Source of the DNA: a virus
Taxonomy: Duplodnaviria > Caudoviricetes
Virus record (IMG/VR): IMGVR_UViG_3300037692_000137
Coordinates: 96,001 to 160,000 of that record
Length of the DNA: 64,000 nucleotides
Reading direction: 5' to 3' (one strand)
The notes below the pieces were generated by a model. It was given only the letters and a program-made list of their open reading frames with translations. It was not told the DNA's origin and ran no database searches. Position numbers and translations under genes: made by a program. How positions within the stretch are numbered: position 1 is the first letter of the stretch; every line of letters starts with the position of its first letter. Of the stretch, positions 49,421 through 59,576 are shown one piece after another.

Positions 49421-51001
49421 TTAACCATTACGTCTTACTTTGAAGTCACCTGTAATGTGTGAAACATCAAGGTCACCCTTAACTACATAAAGGTCGTTGG
49501 TTGACCTGAAACCAAATGTCTGAGTCATATTAGCACCCATATCAAGTGTTGAACCCTCATCAGTAATCTTGAGGTGTTCTACGATGATGGTTTTAAGAGC
49601 ATACTCTGTGTCGCCCGCAACATATGTGCCCATAACACCGTTGTTCCAGTAATTCTGACCAATAAGATCGGAACCAACTCTAACTGTTCTAACACTACCT
49701 GTGCCTTTAGCTTCCTCATCAGTTTGTGCGTAAACTTTAACAACAAGTTTAAGATCTTCAGAGGCCATAAGGTCGGCCAGGTTGATGTCATCTAAAGAGT
49801 CAGCATCAAACTCATTAAGACGGTTGGCTACTTTTGACCAGTTCTCCAAATCACCAGCTGTAGAATCTACAGTTACAGTAATCGGAATAGGAAGCGTAAG
49901 AGGTCTATCATAAGGTCCTAAATGACCAAGCTCTGATAGAGGCTCACGTGTAAGGTCAGAAGAAATAGTACAACCAGTCAAACGCCATGCTATATCCCAC
50001 TCAGCAGCATCATTAGCTACAATGTAAACTGCAACTTGTCCCTGACGAAGAGCCCCTAGGAAGTCAGGTCTTGAGGTAGCATCAAGTACTTGGAAGTATG
50101 TGTTTTGAGTTGTGTCTCCGTACCCATTAGCTGCGTACAGCATTTCTAACCTGTCTCCGGCAGCAAATGTGGTGCCTGTAGGGAAATAAAGTACGTGCCC
50201 TGTGCTGTTATATACAAAAGTAGTGGTTGCAGCAGCAGTCCCTGCTACAACAGCAACATTTTTCATCTCATTAGCTACGGAGTCATACCAAGTTACAGCA
50301 GGAGACCCGTTGTCATCTTTTCTTAAGAACCCAGGGTTTGCCGATGAAAGCTCGGCTACTACATAAGCTCCAGCAGATAAAGTTGTGGAGGTCTCTGAAC
50401 CGGTTGTAAAAGTGAAAGTATCCATGTTTACAAAGCGACCAGCATTCAGCAGCCACATCTTGTTATCAGTTTCAGCGCCATAGTTCTCTGTAGCGTTGGC
50501 GCCTGTGGTGTAACTAAATTCGAGACTATTAACATAAACTTCATCCATAAACAGAGTTTGGTCGATGTTATTAGCAAGTGTACCAATAGAGCACTCATCC
50601 TGTACAGGCGCCCAAATTGTAACACCGGGTAAATTACCGCATACTATTGAAAAGTCAGCCAGTGAAACACCATGCAGATAAGTACTGGTTTCTGCAAGCT
50701 GGGTACCACTTACAACAATTAAATTACCATTTGCACTTGTAGCAGTAGCACTCATAGCTGCTTTTACAGGTGAAACTTGCGCTAGTGTAGCCAGTGTTTT
50801 GACATCACCGAAGTCATTTGTGTTCAAGGTCACTGCCACTGCTGGAACGTCATCAACAACGTCGATGATATCCAGATGACCGAGTTCAAAAATATCTTCA
50901 CTGGTAAATGTCGTGGTGCTTCCTAAAGATTGTACACGGTAGAGAACCTCACCGTTACACCACACCGATTGGCTCGCATAAATTATTCTATTCCTTGCCA
51001 T
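49421..51001 (-). CDS. Major tail tube protein, 526 aa, probably with an inserted accessory domain
   Basis: RVQSLGSTTTF..DIFELG..DVPAVAVTL pattern of tube proteins, echoed in the second half (EPLSELG..PIPITVTV); strong AGGAGG RBS and its own terminator; canonical position between terminator and chaperones. Confidence 0.7.
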   Translation of the reverse strand: MARNRIIYASQSVWCNGEVLYRVQSLGSTTTFTSEDIFELGHLDIIDVVDDVPAVAVTLNTNDFGDVKTLATLAQVSPVKAAMSATATSANGNLIVVSGTQLAETSTYLHGVSLADFSIVCGNLPGVTIWAPVQDECSIGTLANNIDQTLFMDEVYVNSLEFSYTTGANATENYGAETDNKMWLLNAGRFVNMDTFTFTTGSETSTTLSAGAYVVAELSSANPGFLRKDDNGSPAVTWYDSVANEMKNVAVVAGTAAATTTFVYNSTGHVLYFPTGTTFAAGDRLEMLYAANGYGDTTQNTYFQVLDATSRPDFLGALRQGQVAVYIVANDAAEWDIAWRLTGCTISSDLTREPLSELGHLGPYDRPLTLPIPITVTVDSTAGDLENWSKVANRLNEFDADSLDDINLADLMASEDLKLVVKVYAQTDEEAKGTGSVRTVRVGSDLIGQNYWNNGVMGTYVAGDTEYALKTIIVEHLKITDEGSTLDMGANMTQTFGFRSTNDLYVVKGDLDVSHITGDFKVRRNG

Positions 51002-51204
51002 ATCGTTTTTTCCTCCTAAAAATTAATTTTTAACTTCTTACTTTTAAGTAAAGTGTAATTCTATAAAGTTTGGTTGGTATGTTTACTACTTCCTTTGTAT
51101 TTAATAAGAGCTGAGGCGGCCCTATATTAAACCAAAGCCGTTTCCTCCCGCGCACTGCGGGAAATTTAAAACTTATATTATTCTACTATATCTTAATAGG
51201 TTAG

Positions 51205-52611
51205 TTAATTATTATGCATTATGTATTTTAAATTACCACAATCCCATATACGATTATAGCCCTGTGCTTTACGTAAAGTACGCTCTGACATAGTGGAGCC
51301 ATTAGGTTTTCTGAGGCCATATCTATGATAACGTTTAGTATTATTTTTAAAATACCAATAGTTACAAGCAGTGCTATATGAGTAGTTAAAGCCTATATTT
51401 GCGTATAACTCACCAGTAGACCAGCGTCGATCAGCAAAAGAAAACACACTTTCCCAAATGTGATTACGTTTAAAGTAGGTAAGTAGTTTAGAGGCTATAC
51501 CAACAACACGTAGATTTAATTTAGAACAAAATCTATGTAGTTCCCAAGTATCTTTATACTTGTCTTTTGCCCCCTTAGCCAAAGATGGTTTTGAAAAGGT
51601 CATCACTGCTATTAAAGTCTGGTTATAAAAGGCACCGATTTTTATAGAAGCGCCGGCACCGTAACCCTGAAGATGGTTTTCTTCACAAAACATACGCGCC
51701 TCTTTTACAGAAATTTCTTGTATACGGCATTTTCTGGCATATACACTAGTTAATTTAATCCCTATTAAACTTGAAAGGCGCGATAAAACTATAGGTTTCT
51801 TAGTTATATACTCATCTTCAAAAATAGTTATTAGTCTGTAACCAGCTTCTAAACAACGTTCTAGTTTGTTTATATGATAAGAGCTGTCTTTATTACAGGC
51901 ATCAGAGTGCCAATATAAACCGCAATATTCAATAGCAATTTTTTTGTCAGGGATTACTATATCAAGTTCATATGGGCTTATAATGTCACGTACTCCGGTA
52001 TGTACAGTTATACCAAAATTTTTGATAAAAGCAATCAGCTCTAATTCTGGTTTTGAGCTTCCTGCTAAAGAGCATGTAGGACACCTAGAACCACAACTAT
52101 TCCAATTATCCCAACTAACTTTATAAACATGGTTGTTAGGGCACACACATTCTAATTTAGTTTTATTGTTGATATAAGAAGTTGTTACTAATGCGTAACC
52201 TTCTAATGACAGTTGTTGTCCTATATTGTCTAAGTAGTTTGGACTATTATGTGCACAGTGCGGGCATCTATGTCCAGATACCCAGTTGCTCATTACAACC
52301 TCGTACTTATGTCCTTTTGGGCATAAAACTTGTAAAGGGGTTTTATTATTAATATAAACAGCACTTAATAATTTGTACCCTTCCAATGCTATACGTTTGG
52401 CAATTTCTTCGATGGTTGGTGTATTATTACCGGCACAATAAGGACATCTAGCGCCGTCACGCCAATGATCCCACTTGATACTATGTTTGTGTCCATTAGG
52501 ACACTCATATAATAGTTTTGTAGCGCTATTTATGTACTCTTCACTAATTAACTTATACCCGGCTATATTAAATGATCTGCTTATGTAATCGTAAGTAATT
52601 TTTTTAGGCAT
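51205..52611 (-). mobile_element. Hef-like homing endonuclease (paralog of 4169..5605)
   Basis: CPNGH, CPKGH and CPNNH Zn ribbons; ELDIVIPDKKIAIEYCGLYWHSD; same C-terminal GNAT-like block. Confidence 0.75.
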
Positions 52612-52743
52612 TATACTAAATTCTCTATATCTTTTAGATTTATATTTAAATAAACTACTTTATTGCAATTTATACAATAAATCTATACTTTAACACATAT
52701 ATTATGTTAACATAGTATATAAAACTTTGCAATTAAAAAAAAA

Positions 52744-53625
52744 TTAAAAGCGGCCATCAAGATAAGAATACATATCTAACGATATCTTACTTCGGTACGC
52801 ATTTAAATCACTCAACATTACTTGGTCAACACCTCTTGACATTACTAAGGGTAGATTAACATGCCTTGCTGTTACGTTATCAAAATATAAGTTACTTACA
52901 CCTAATACTACGGATCTATCAAATAAATTGGTATCCTTGTCCATATTGTATTTCCTATTATAGAATGTGCCATCATAATCTAATACAGATCCATCTGGAA
53001 ACTCCATTAATGGTATACTTTTTAAATACAGTGCGTTGTATATAACCTCTACTATGTCATTACGTTCAGATGTGGATGAAGCAAAAACATGTATGTCCAC
53101 TTTTCTAGCATCTTTATGGCCGCCGCCTAATTGATAGCCTGTTTTATCTGTACCATTTATGTCGATAACAACCACTGGCGGATCTTCGGCTTGAATAGCA
53201 GCCCATTCATCAACTATACCAGCGTAGTGCCAGTAGTAGTCTATAGAATGAGGGGGCACGGTGCCGGATGTTACTATTCTACCATCAACATAGTCTACTA
53301 TATAACTGTTTTCATCTATTATATTACCATTAATGTCATATACCACAACACGTGCTGATTGTTCTCTTGTTGGAAGTCCTCTATAACAGTAAGGACTCGT
53401 ACCGGATACGGTATCGAAATAAACCCATCCTCGCCCGCGGGCGGTAGGTTTAGGTATCATCTCCGTAAGCGCTTCGTACACAAAACTGGTAGCTGAGGAT
53501 ATTTCAGGTATGTATTCGAGAGGTACATTTTCTTCACGCTCAATAAAATCTACTAGCGCTATCTCTTTAAGATAATGGTATAAACTCAGGTCCTCTTTAC
53601 GCAGTTTGGTCATTTCTGAACTCAT
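52744..53625 (-). CDS. Putative tail terminator / tail completion protein
   Basis: PPVVVID..YQLGGG..RKVDIHVFASSTSERNDIVEVIYNAL pattern; last neck gene before the tube. Confidence 0.55.
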   Translation of the reverse strand: MSSEMTKLRKEDLSLYHYLKEIALVDFIEREENVPLEYIPEISSATSFVYEALTEMIPKPTARGRGWVYFDTVSGTSPYCYRGLPTREQSARVVVYDINGNIIDENSYIVDYVDGRIVTSGTVPPHSIDYYWHYAGIVDEWAAIQAEDPPVVVIDINGTDKTGYQLGGGHKDARKVDIHVFASSTSERNDIVEVIYNALYLKSIPLMEFPDGSVLDYDGTFYNRKYNMDKDTNLFDRSVVLGVSNLYFDNVTARHVNLPLVMSRGVDQVMLSDLNAYRSKISLDMYSYLDGRF

Positions 53626-54263
53626 TTAATAACCTCTCCTAGCTTTAATTGCGCGTCTACTACAGCCTCTTTTAGCCACAGTGGTAATTGTGTAGCAACA
53701 TAGTCATTCACATCTTTAAATATGTCCATAGGCCCTGCGTTAGAAAAAGGGTACATAACAAAATTAGTTTTTAACTCTTTTTCTTTGCTCCTAATAAAAG
53801 CATTATATTTTAATAAGTATATCTTTTCCTTAGTTGATAAAGAACTGTCAGATAAGTGTTTTGTTACACCACTTTTGCCAAATATTTTAGCGTATTGATC
53901 CCCATTAACTTCAACATATTGCCCTACTATGCCCTCTAATATATTCTCTATTACTCTTAATTTACCACTAAAATCAAAGTTTGCCATGTCAGGAACAGTA
54001 AAAGACACTTGCCCGTTAGTAACTGTTACGTACTCAAAGTTATCTAACCTGGTTATAAAGTCTTCAATATAATCTTCGGGCCGAGTTTTACTACGCTTGT
54101 CTGTAACTACATTAGTTAGTTGTTGAGAGTAAGAGTCCACAATAACACCTTTAACCTCATCTATTCTAGAAGTCAGTTTAAAGAACAACTCTTTTTCTAT
54201 AATATTCTCAAATTTATCCGCTATTTCATGTACGGATTTAATTACTTTTACTGGTGCTGCCAT
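53622..54263 (-). CDS. Putative neck or tail completion protein, 213 aa
   Basis: Positional only; coupled to both neighbours. Confidence 0.45.
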   Translation of the reverse strand: MAAPVKVIKSVHEIADKFENIIEKELFFKLTSRIDEVKGVIVDSYSQQLTNVVTDKRSKTRPEDYIEDFITRLDNFEYVTVTNGQVSFTVPDMANFDFSGKLRVIENILEGIVGQYVEVNGDQYAKIFGKSGVTKHLSDSSLSTKEKIYLLKYNAFIRSKEKELKTNFVMYPFSNAGPMDIFKDVNDYVATQLPLWLKEAVVDAQLKLGEVIK

Positions 54264-54862
54264 TATGTATAGTCCTTAATTATCTCTGTAGTGTCCACTT
54301 TAGGCTTATCAGTAGTAAAAGCGGTGATTATTAGTAAGGATTGATTACCTAAACCTCTTAATAATGGGGGTTTTGATAATTTGCAGTCTACACCATCTAC
54401 TACAAGTTTAACACAATTTTTAAATAAATCAAAGTATTTAGGGTCTGTTTTTAATTGCACTATTGTAGACCCTTCTGTTCCTGCTGGTGTATATGTCATT
54501 GTATTACCACCGCCGGTAGCTGATGGGTCCCAAGTAACTAAACAGTCGGCCCAGGCTCGACGTTGTGTTTCCAAAAAACCTTTGCCAGCGCAAACTGGGC
54601 ACCTACCACGTAAAAAATATTTATAGTGTATGGTTACATTACCAGCTGCCACCCATTCTGCTTGTTTAGCTAGGGCTTCTAATGGGGTCCATGAGCACTT
54701 GCCTGTACTTGCATCTGTCATTTTATCATAGTAACAATTAGGGCACTCAGATTTTATAGGTTGCTTATACACTTGCACTTTACGTGATAATCCCTTCACT
54801 ATATTACGTATAGCTTTTTGATAACGGTCTTTAGTAAAGGATCTAATTCTATTATCTTTCAT
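54263..54862 (-). CDS. Putative head closure (neck) protein with Zn finger
   Basis: CPNC..C..CPVCAGKG motif; located after the adaptor gene. Confidence 0.5.
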   Translation of the reverse strand: MKDNRIRSFTKDRYQKAIRNIVKGLSRKVQVYKQPIKSECPNCYYDKMTDASTGKCSWTPLEALAKQAEWVAAGNVTIHYKYFLRGRCPVCAGKGFLETQRRAWADCLVTWDPSATGGGNTMTYTPAGTEGSTIVQLKTDPKYFDLFKNCVKLVVDGVDCKLSKPPLLRGLGNQSLLIITAFTTDKPKVDTTEIIKDYT

Positions 54863-55557
54863 TAATTAATTTCCCAAAGGTTTAAGTGTCCATCTGTTTC
54901 TGGATTGTAATGTCTACATTTATACCCTTTATATGCAGACTGCCGTGTTAAAGTAATGGTATGAAATGACTTATATTTTATACTATTACTTTTACAAAAA
55001 TTTCTTAGCCCAAAAACTACCACCTCTTTATTATTAGACAACGTTACAACATACTTTTTAGATTTCCAATTATTGTCGCCATTGTAATTTTTAGATTTAC
55101 GTGTAGCAGTCCTCTTATATATAGTTTCTGGCGACAATTTTCCGCCCATTTTTGCGGAACTTATCTTTTTACACCATTCTTCAGTACGTGGAGGTAACTT
55201 TCTACCTTTATTATTATAAGATAGTAATTTTTTTGTTTCTTCTGATAATGTATGTCCTAACGTACCTTCTCCGCCGATGGTCATATTATAACCTGATTCG
55301 AAAGTGTCATAAATATCTATATAATGCTTTTCCATTTTATTAAGGTCTTCCAAGGAAGAGCACTCACAAAGTGTTTCCCATTTAAAAGACTTAGATCCGT
55401 ATTTTCTTATAGAGTTATGAAAATAAAAATTATCAACATTACGTAAAGCAGTACTTATATGATCACTTTTCCTAGAAGATAGCCCTCTTATAGTCTGACC
55501 GATATATACTTTACCATTAACTTTATTAGTAGCTTTGTATATAATTCCGTAACTCAT
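54862..55557 (-). mobile_element. GIY-YIG homing endonuclease with NUMOD3-type repeats
   Basis: YGIIYKATNKVNGKVYIGQT..R..H..E..YI..YN; HTLSEETKKLLS repeats. Confidence 0.9.
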
Positions 55558-55558
55558 A

Positions 55559-56521
55559 TTAGTCTATCCTTACTCCGCCTATACCTAGCATCTTAACGGA
55601 ATGAATAGCATCATCTAGCCTTTTCTTTATTAAATCTAGTAAATCTTTTCTAGCCCTAATTCCGGCCGAGGGGTCATATTTGCTACCCTCATCAGTTATC
55701 ACAGCGCCATCCTCAGACACATAATCCCATGTCTCTGCCATAAGTAAATCATAGGCACATGCTAACATGTATATTTCTGAGTTACAGTTGAAGGTGTTTA
55801 GTGGTGGCGGCGGAGGTGTATTATCGTAGGCCTCCATTATCTCTCTGTCAGACCAACGGAAGGTGTATATCCACACATCCACCCCCTGCTGAATCATACG
55901 TCCACCTGATATAACTGTGACAGGAGTATCAATATATTCGTTAAATCTTAAATATCTATAACCATTTATAGAAGGATTAGCAGTCTCTGTATACTGCACT
56001 CCATTCATATTTACAAAAGCAGGCCAGCCTTTTTCATCCAGCACGTAAGTTCGGCCATCAGGCATTATAGAAGACTCTGCTTCGTCCCCGTATTCTCTAT
56101 CCAAACCGACAGGATCGCCTATAAGTAAACGTATACGTTTTATTATTAACTGATCTGCTGTGCCATATTCGATCTCAGGAGGATAGGCCGGGTCGTAGTA
56201 TAAATCTTGTGCCTCTCCAAGTATAGGGTCTGTCCAACCACTTACTGACCCGGTAGATGAGCTATAGTATCTAGATGTATACCAATCCGTAGCTGCTCCA
56301 CTTGGGTCCATAAAGTAGTATTGACTATATTGTGGTAGTAATATAATCTCATCTGTATCAGTAATATTACTTATCTGGTCTGTACCAGATACAGCAGTGT
56401 AGTATGTAACATCAACAGACGTCTGTGGTATGCCTATACCAGAGTAACGCATTAGCTGTATTCTATCAAATACTGATAGTATTGTGGCTATGGAATCTAG
56501 CGTAAATGTAAGATTAATCAT
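55559..56521 (-). CDS. Putative head-tail adaptor protein
   Basis: IIKRIRLLIGDP and helical C-terminus YMLACAYDLL..RKDLLDLIKKRL are typical of adaptor proteins; position upstream of the neck genes. Confidence 0.55.
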   Translation of the reverse strand: MINLTFTLDSIATILSVFDRIQLMRYSGIGIPQTSVDVTYYTAVSGTDQISNITDTDEIILLPQYSQYYFMDPSGAATDWYTSRYYSSSTGSVSGWTDPILGEAQDLYYDPAYPPEIEYGTADQLIIKRIRLLIGDPVGLDREYGDEAESSIMPDGRTYVLDEKGWPAFVNMNGVQYTETANPSINGYRYLRFNEYIDTPVTVISGGRMIQQGVDVWIYTFRWSDREIMEAYDNTPPPPPLNTFNCNSEIYMLACAYDLLMAETWDYVSEDGAVITDEGSKYDPSAGIRARKDLLDLIKKRLDDAIHSVKMLGIGGVRID

Positions 56522-56538
56522 TCCTTATTCCTCTATTA

Positions 56539-58755
56539 CTATAAGTTTGTAGGTCCTGGAAACACTATATTAGTTTTTTGTACACGCATACTAGGTTTAA
56601 TTTCTAGCGCCTGAGTTGATTTTTCACCAACCTCGTGTGCATTAACTTCAGGGTCTTTTATAGAAACAACTCTGGTTATTACAGAGCCTATACCCATTAT
56701 AACATCATCTAAATAAATACTTAAAGGCCTGGTAGCTTTAAATTCTATCTCATCTATGTATACATCGGTCATATTAAAAGCGTCAAATGGTATATAAATT
56801 CTCTGCCATTCTGACATTAAGCTGCTGTTTAAATAATGTCTTAAACTAATTGGGGTTCCGTTAGTACTCCCCACACTCTTCAAAGTAACCTCTATATCTG
56901 CGGCTGCTTTCCAATCCTGTAATTTCAACTGTACTGCTATTAAATCATATTCTTCGGTGCTTATTGGAGGACCTATACGTATAAAACTAAAAGAACTGTT
57001 GGCTAGCATACCAGACGCGTCTAAACCGTTTGTACCTGATTTCATAGCATCTGGTGATTCTACACCAAAACCACTATGCAGCCAATCACCACCTATATCA
57101 GCTACACCGGTACCATTCCAAATATAGTAATAAGCTTCTGTAGGGCAAACAACATCAATTTCTTGTAGTACGCTGTCACTTGTTGTTGCTCCTGTTCCAT
57201 GAACATAGCCTATTATTTTATAGGAACCTAGAGAAGTAAAACATACCTTTTTCTCTTTTTGTTCTAAATCTACCGGACTCTCCCAAGTCAATTCCCAAAC
57301 ACCTGAATTATCTTTGTATACTTCCCAATGATACCCTGTTGTTGTACCATCAGAGGAGGTACCAGTTATTTCTAGTAAATAATAGCACTCTACTGTAGTG
57401 ATAGCAACATGTGTAGCAAATACTACGTCATAACTTACAGCTGTGTTTTGGTTGTACCAGCCGTCATTCCAGTAAGCGATTAATGTTACAGTACCTGAGT
57501 CCATCTCCGGTGTGTACCCAAATACGTAAGCATGGTTTACATTGGTAGCTGCTGTTATACTTCCATCTTCATCATATTGCCAACTGTACTTATATCCATT
57601 AGGTGTGTAAGTACCTACTCTATCGTAGTTAGTTGTGGTATTAAGAAACTGTGCCCCACTTGTAACTGTAACTTGTGCAGGTAGTTGGGTAAAGTCCACT
57701 GTTGGGCCGGAAAATAACCCTTGCTCAACCTCTATACCATAACTTATTATATGATCATTAAAGCCGTCATTCCAGAATACATCTATACCTATTGTGTGTG
57801 TGCCTGGATTAGTGAATGCTCCTGCTACATTGGTTTGTCCGTACCAAGAGGTACCTTCTCCTTCTGTATGACTTATTATATCATCTCTGCCAGAGGAAAC
57901 TATTGTTGTTGTAGAACCAAAGGCACCTGTATCCACTATGGCCCAATCTATATTAGTTATTCTATCATCTACGTCTGTTCCTGTGTATTCAAATGTTACT
58001 GGTGTATTTGGGTCCAATACAACACCTGATACTGCCTGATGACATGTTATAGCTGGAACAGGGGTATGATATAATATCTGTATACTTTTGGTGCCACTTG
58101 TTACTGTGCCACATTCATCTTCTATATTTATATCTACATTATATATACCAGCAGTAGCCCATTGGTGTGTGGATGCTGCTACACCAGAAAGGTCTAGTGT
58201 GTTTGTTGTGTCACCCCAATAGTAATCTGTTTTAAAAACACTGTTTATATTAAAAATTGTTTCTCCATATCTTGTGTACCAGTGGTACATATCTATACCA
58301 TCAAAAATCCAATTATGCACATCATAGCTTGTATTTGTAGTACTATATATAGTTTGCACTAGTCCTATTGAAGGTAGTGTCCATATCAAATTAGGGGGTA
58401 TATTACTTCTAGTCTGAACATCTAATATATAAACGTCGCTGACCGTTTTTGTAATTTCTGTTGCTGACCACTCTTCTAATAGAGAACAGTCCGCATTTCT
58501 ATTAATAGTACTGCCTTTCCAGAACGCTAATATTATTTTACCATTAGTAGCCATTATCCCAGCTTGTGATAGCCATGAGGCATCCCCACCATTAATGGAC
58601 CAATACCCTGTATGTTCACAAAGCCTCACATCACTCCAAGTAGTAGGAGAACTAGCAGTCCCATTCGGAAACCAAAGGGCTTGATAATACACATTAGCAT
58701 TGGCTAGCGTATTGTCTGCCAAGTATATGTAACCAGCAAAAGTAACATTTAACAT
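56539..58755 (-). CDS. Virion surface protein with PKD-like Ig domains and a C-terminal carbohydrate-binding-like beta-sandwich, 738 aa
   Basis: SHQWATAGIYNVDI, PTVDFT..FLNTT..YSW and SLGSYKI PKD-like motifs; EWQRIYIPFDAF..IYLDDV CBM-like motif. Confidence 0.55.
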   Translation of the reverse strand: MLNVTFAGYIYLADNTLANANVYYQALWFPNGTASSPTTWSDVRLCEHTGYWSINGGDASWLSQAGIMATNGKIILAFWKGSTINRNADCSLLEEWSATEITKTVSDVYILDVQTRSNIPPNLIWTLPSIGLVQTIYSTTNTSYDVHNWIFDGIDMYHWYTRYGETIFNINSVFKTDYYWGDTTNTLDLSGVAASTHQWATAGIYNVDINIEDECGTVTSGTKSIQILYHTPVPAITCHQAVSGVVLDPNTPVTFEYTGTDVDDRITNIDWAIVDTGAFGSTTTIVSSGRDDIISHTEGEGTSWYGQTNVAGAFTNPGTHTIGIDVFWNDGFNDHIISYGIEVEQGLFSGPTVDFTQLPAQVTVTSGAQFLNTTTNYDRVGTYTPNGYKYSWQYDEDGSITAATNVNHAYVFGYTPEMDSGTVTLIAYWNDGWYNQNTAVSYDVVFATHVAITTVECYYLLEITGTSSDGTTTGYHWEVYKDNSGVWELTWESPVDLEQKEKKVCFTSLGSYKIIGYVHGTGATTSDSVLQEIDVVCPTEAYYYIWNGTGVADIGGDWLHSGFGVESPDAMKSGTNGLDASGMLANSSFSFIRIGPPISTEEYDLIAVQLKLQDWKAAADIEVTLKSVGSTNGTPISLRHYLNSSLMSEWQRIYIPFDAFNMTDVYIDEIEFKATRPLSIYLDDVIMGIGSVITRVVSIKDPEVNAHEVGEKSTQALEIKPSMRVQKTNIVFPGPTNL

Positions 58756-59576
58756 AGCCCTTCCATCCAGATAGGTATGTTTTTATCTAATTTTTCGTTA
58801 TAATAACTACATTTATACTTTTTATGGTGGGCTAATTTACCTTTAGCGCAGGCGCTTAAATGGTTATCTGCCAACTTAGCCTTAGTATACAATTTACAAA
58901 AATGCCTTAAGCCTATTACAACAAAAGTTACATTTTCTGGGGTAGTTATTACATATTTCTTAGAACTACCATTTTCTGATCCATATTTACCATAACTAGC
59001 GTTTTTATGTCCTTTTTGGGCCAGGGCCATTTTATGTTTAGTATCTAAAGAAACTATTTTTCCTGTATGAACTTTTGATATATTATTTTTTTCTTCTTCC
59101 GAAAGGATTCTCCCTTTTTTGCCCATATGTGCTATACTAATCTTTTTACGTGCTTCTTCGGACACTATTTTACCTTTATTGCCTAAACTTATTAGTTTTT
59201 TAGTAGCCATAGATAATTTTCTACCTTTACGTTGTTTAGACATTAGTAATCTAGCTTCTTTTGAGTGTTTGTAACCTAAAATACCTTCTCCACCTAAGGT
59301 CAAATTATACCCAAAACCGCTGTTTATACTATTATACTGCTTTATATAGTGAAATTCCATCTCGTCTAGTTCTAATTTACTAGCACAATATTCAATAACT
59401 TCCCACTCGAAACTATTTAAGCCGTAGTATTTTAAAGCTCTGTTAAAGTGGTAGTCGTTGTTGGAACAAAGATGTTCTCTCTTACGTTTATTTAAAGTAT
59501 AGGTTGTTTGCCCTATGTATACTTTATCATTAACCGTATTAGTTGCTTTATATATAATGCCAAAAGGTGCCATCAT
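58749..59576 (-). mobile_element. GIY-YIG homing endonuclease with about 5 NUMOD3-type repeats
   Basis: FGIIYKATNTVNDKVYIGQT; HSKEARLLMS, SEEARKKIS and SEEEKNNIS repeats. Confidence 0.9.

Noticed and set aside
49574-49795. Small ORFs 49579..49791 (minus) and 49574..49795 (plus) inside the tube gene
   Set aside because: Alternative-frame ORFs with no RBS; I saw no slippery site linking them to the tube frame.
51146-51162. Small hairpin TCCCGC-GCACT-GCGGGA upstream of the tube gene
   Set aside because: Only 6 bp with no U-tract on the coding strand; too weak to call a terminator or a defined element.
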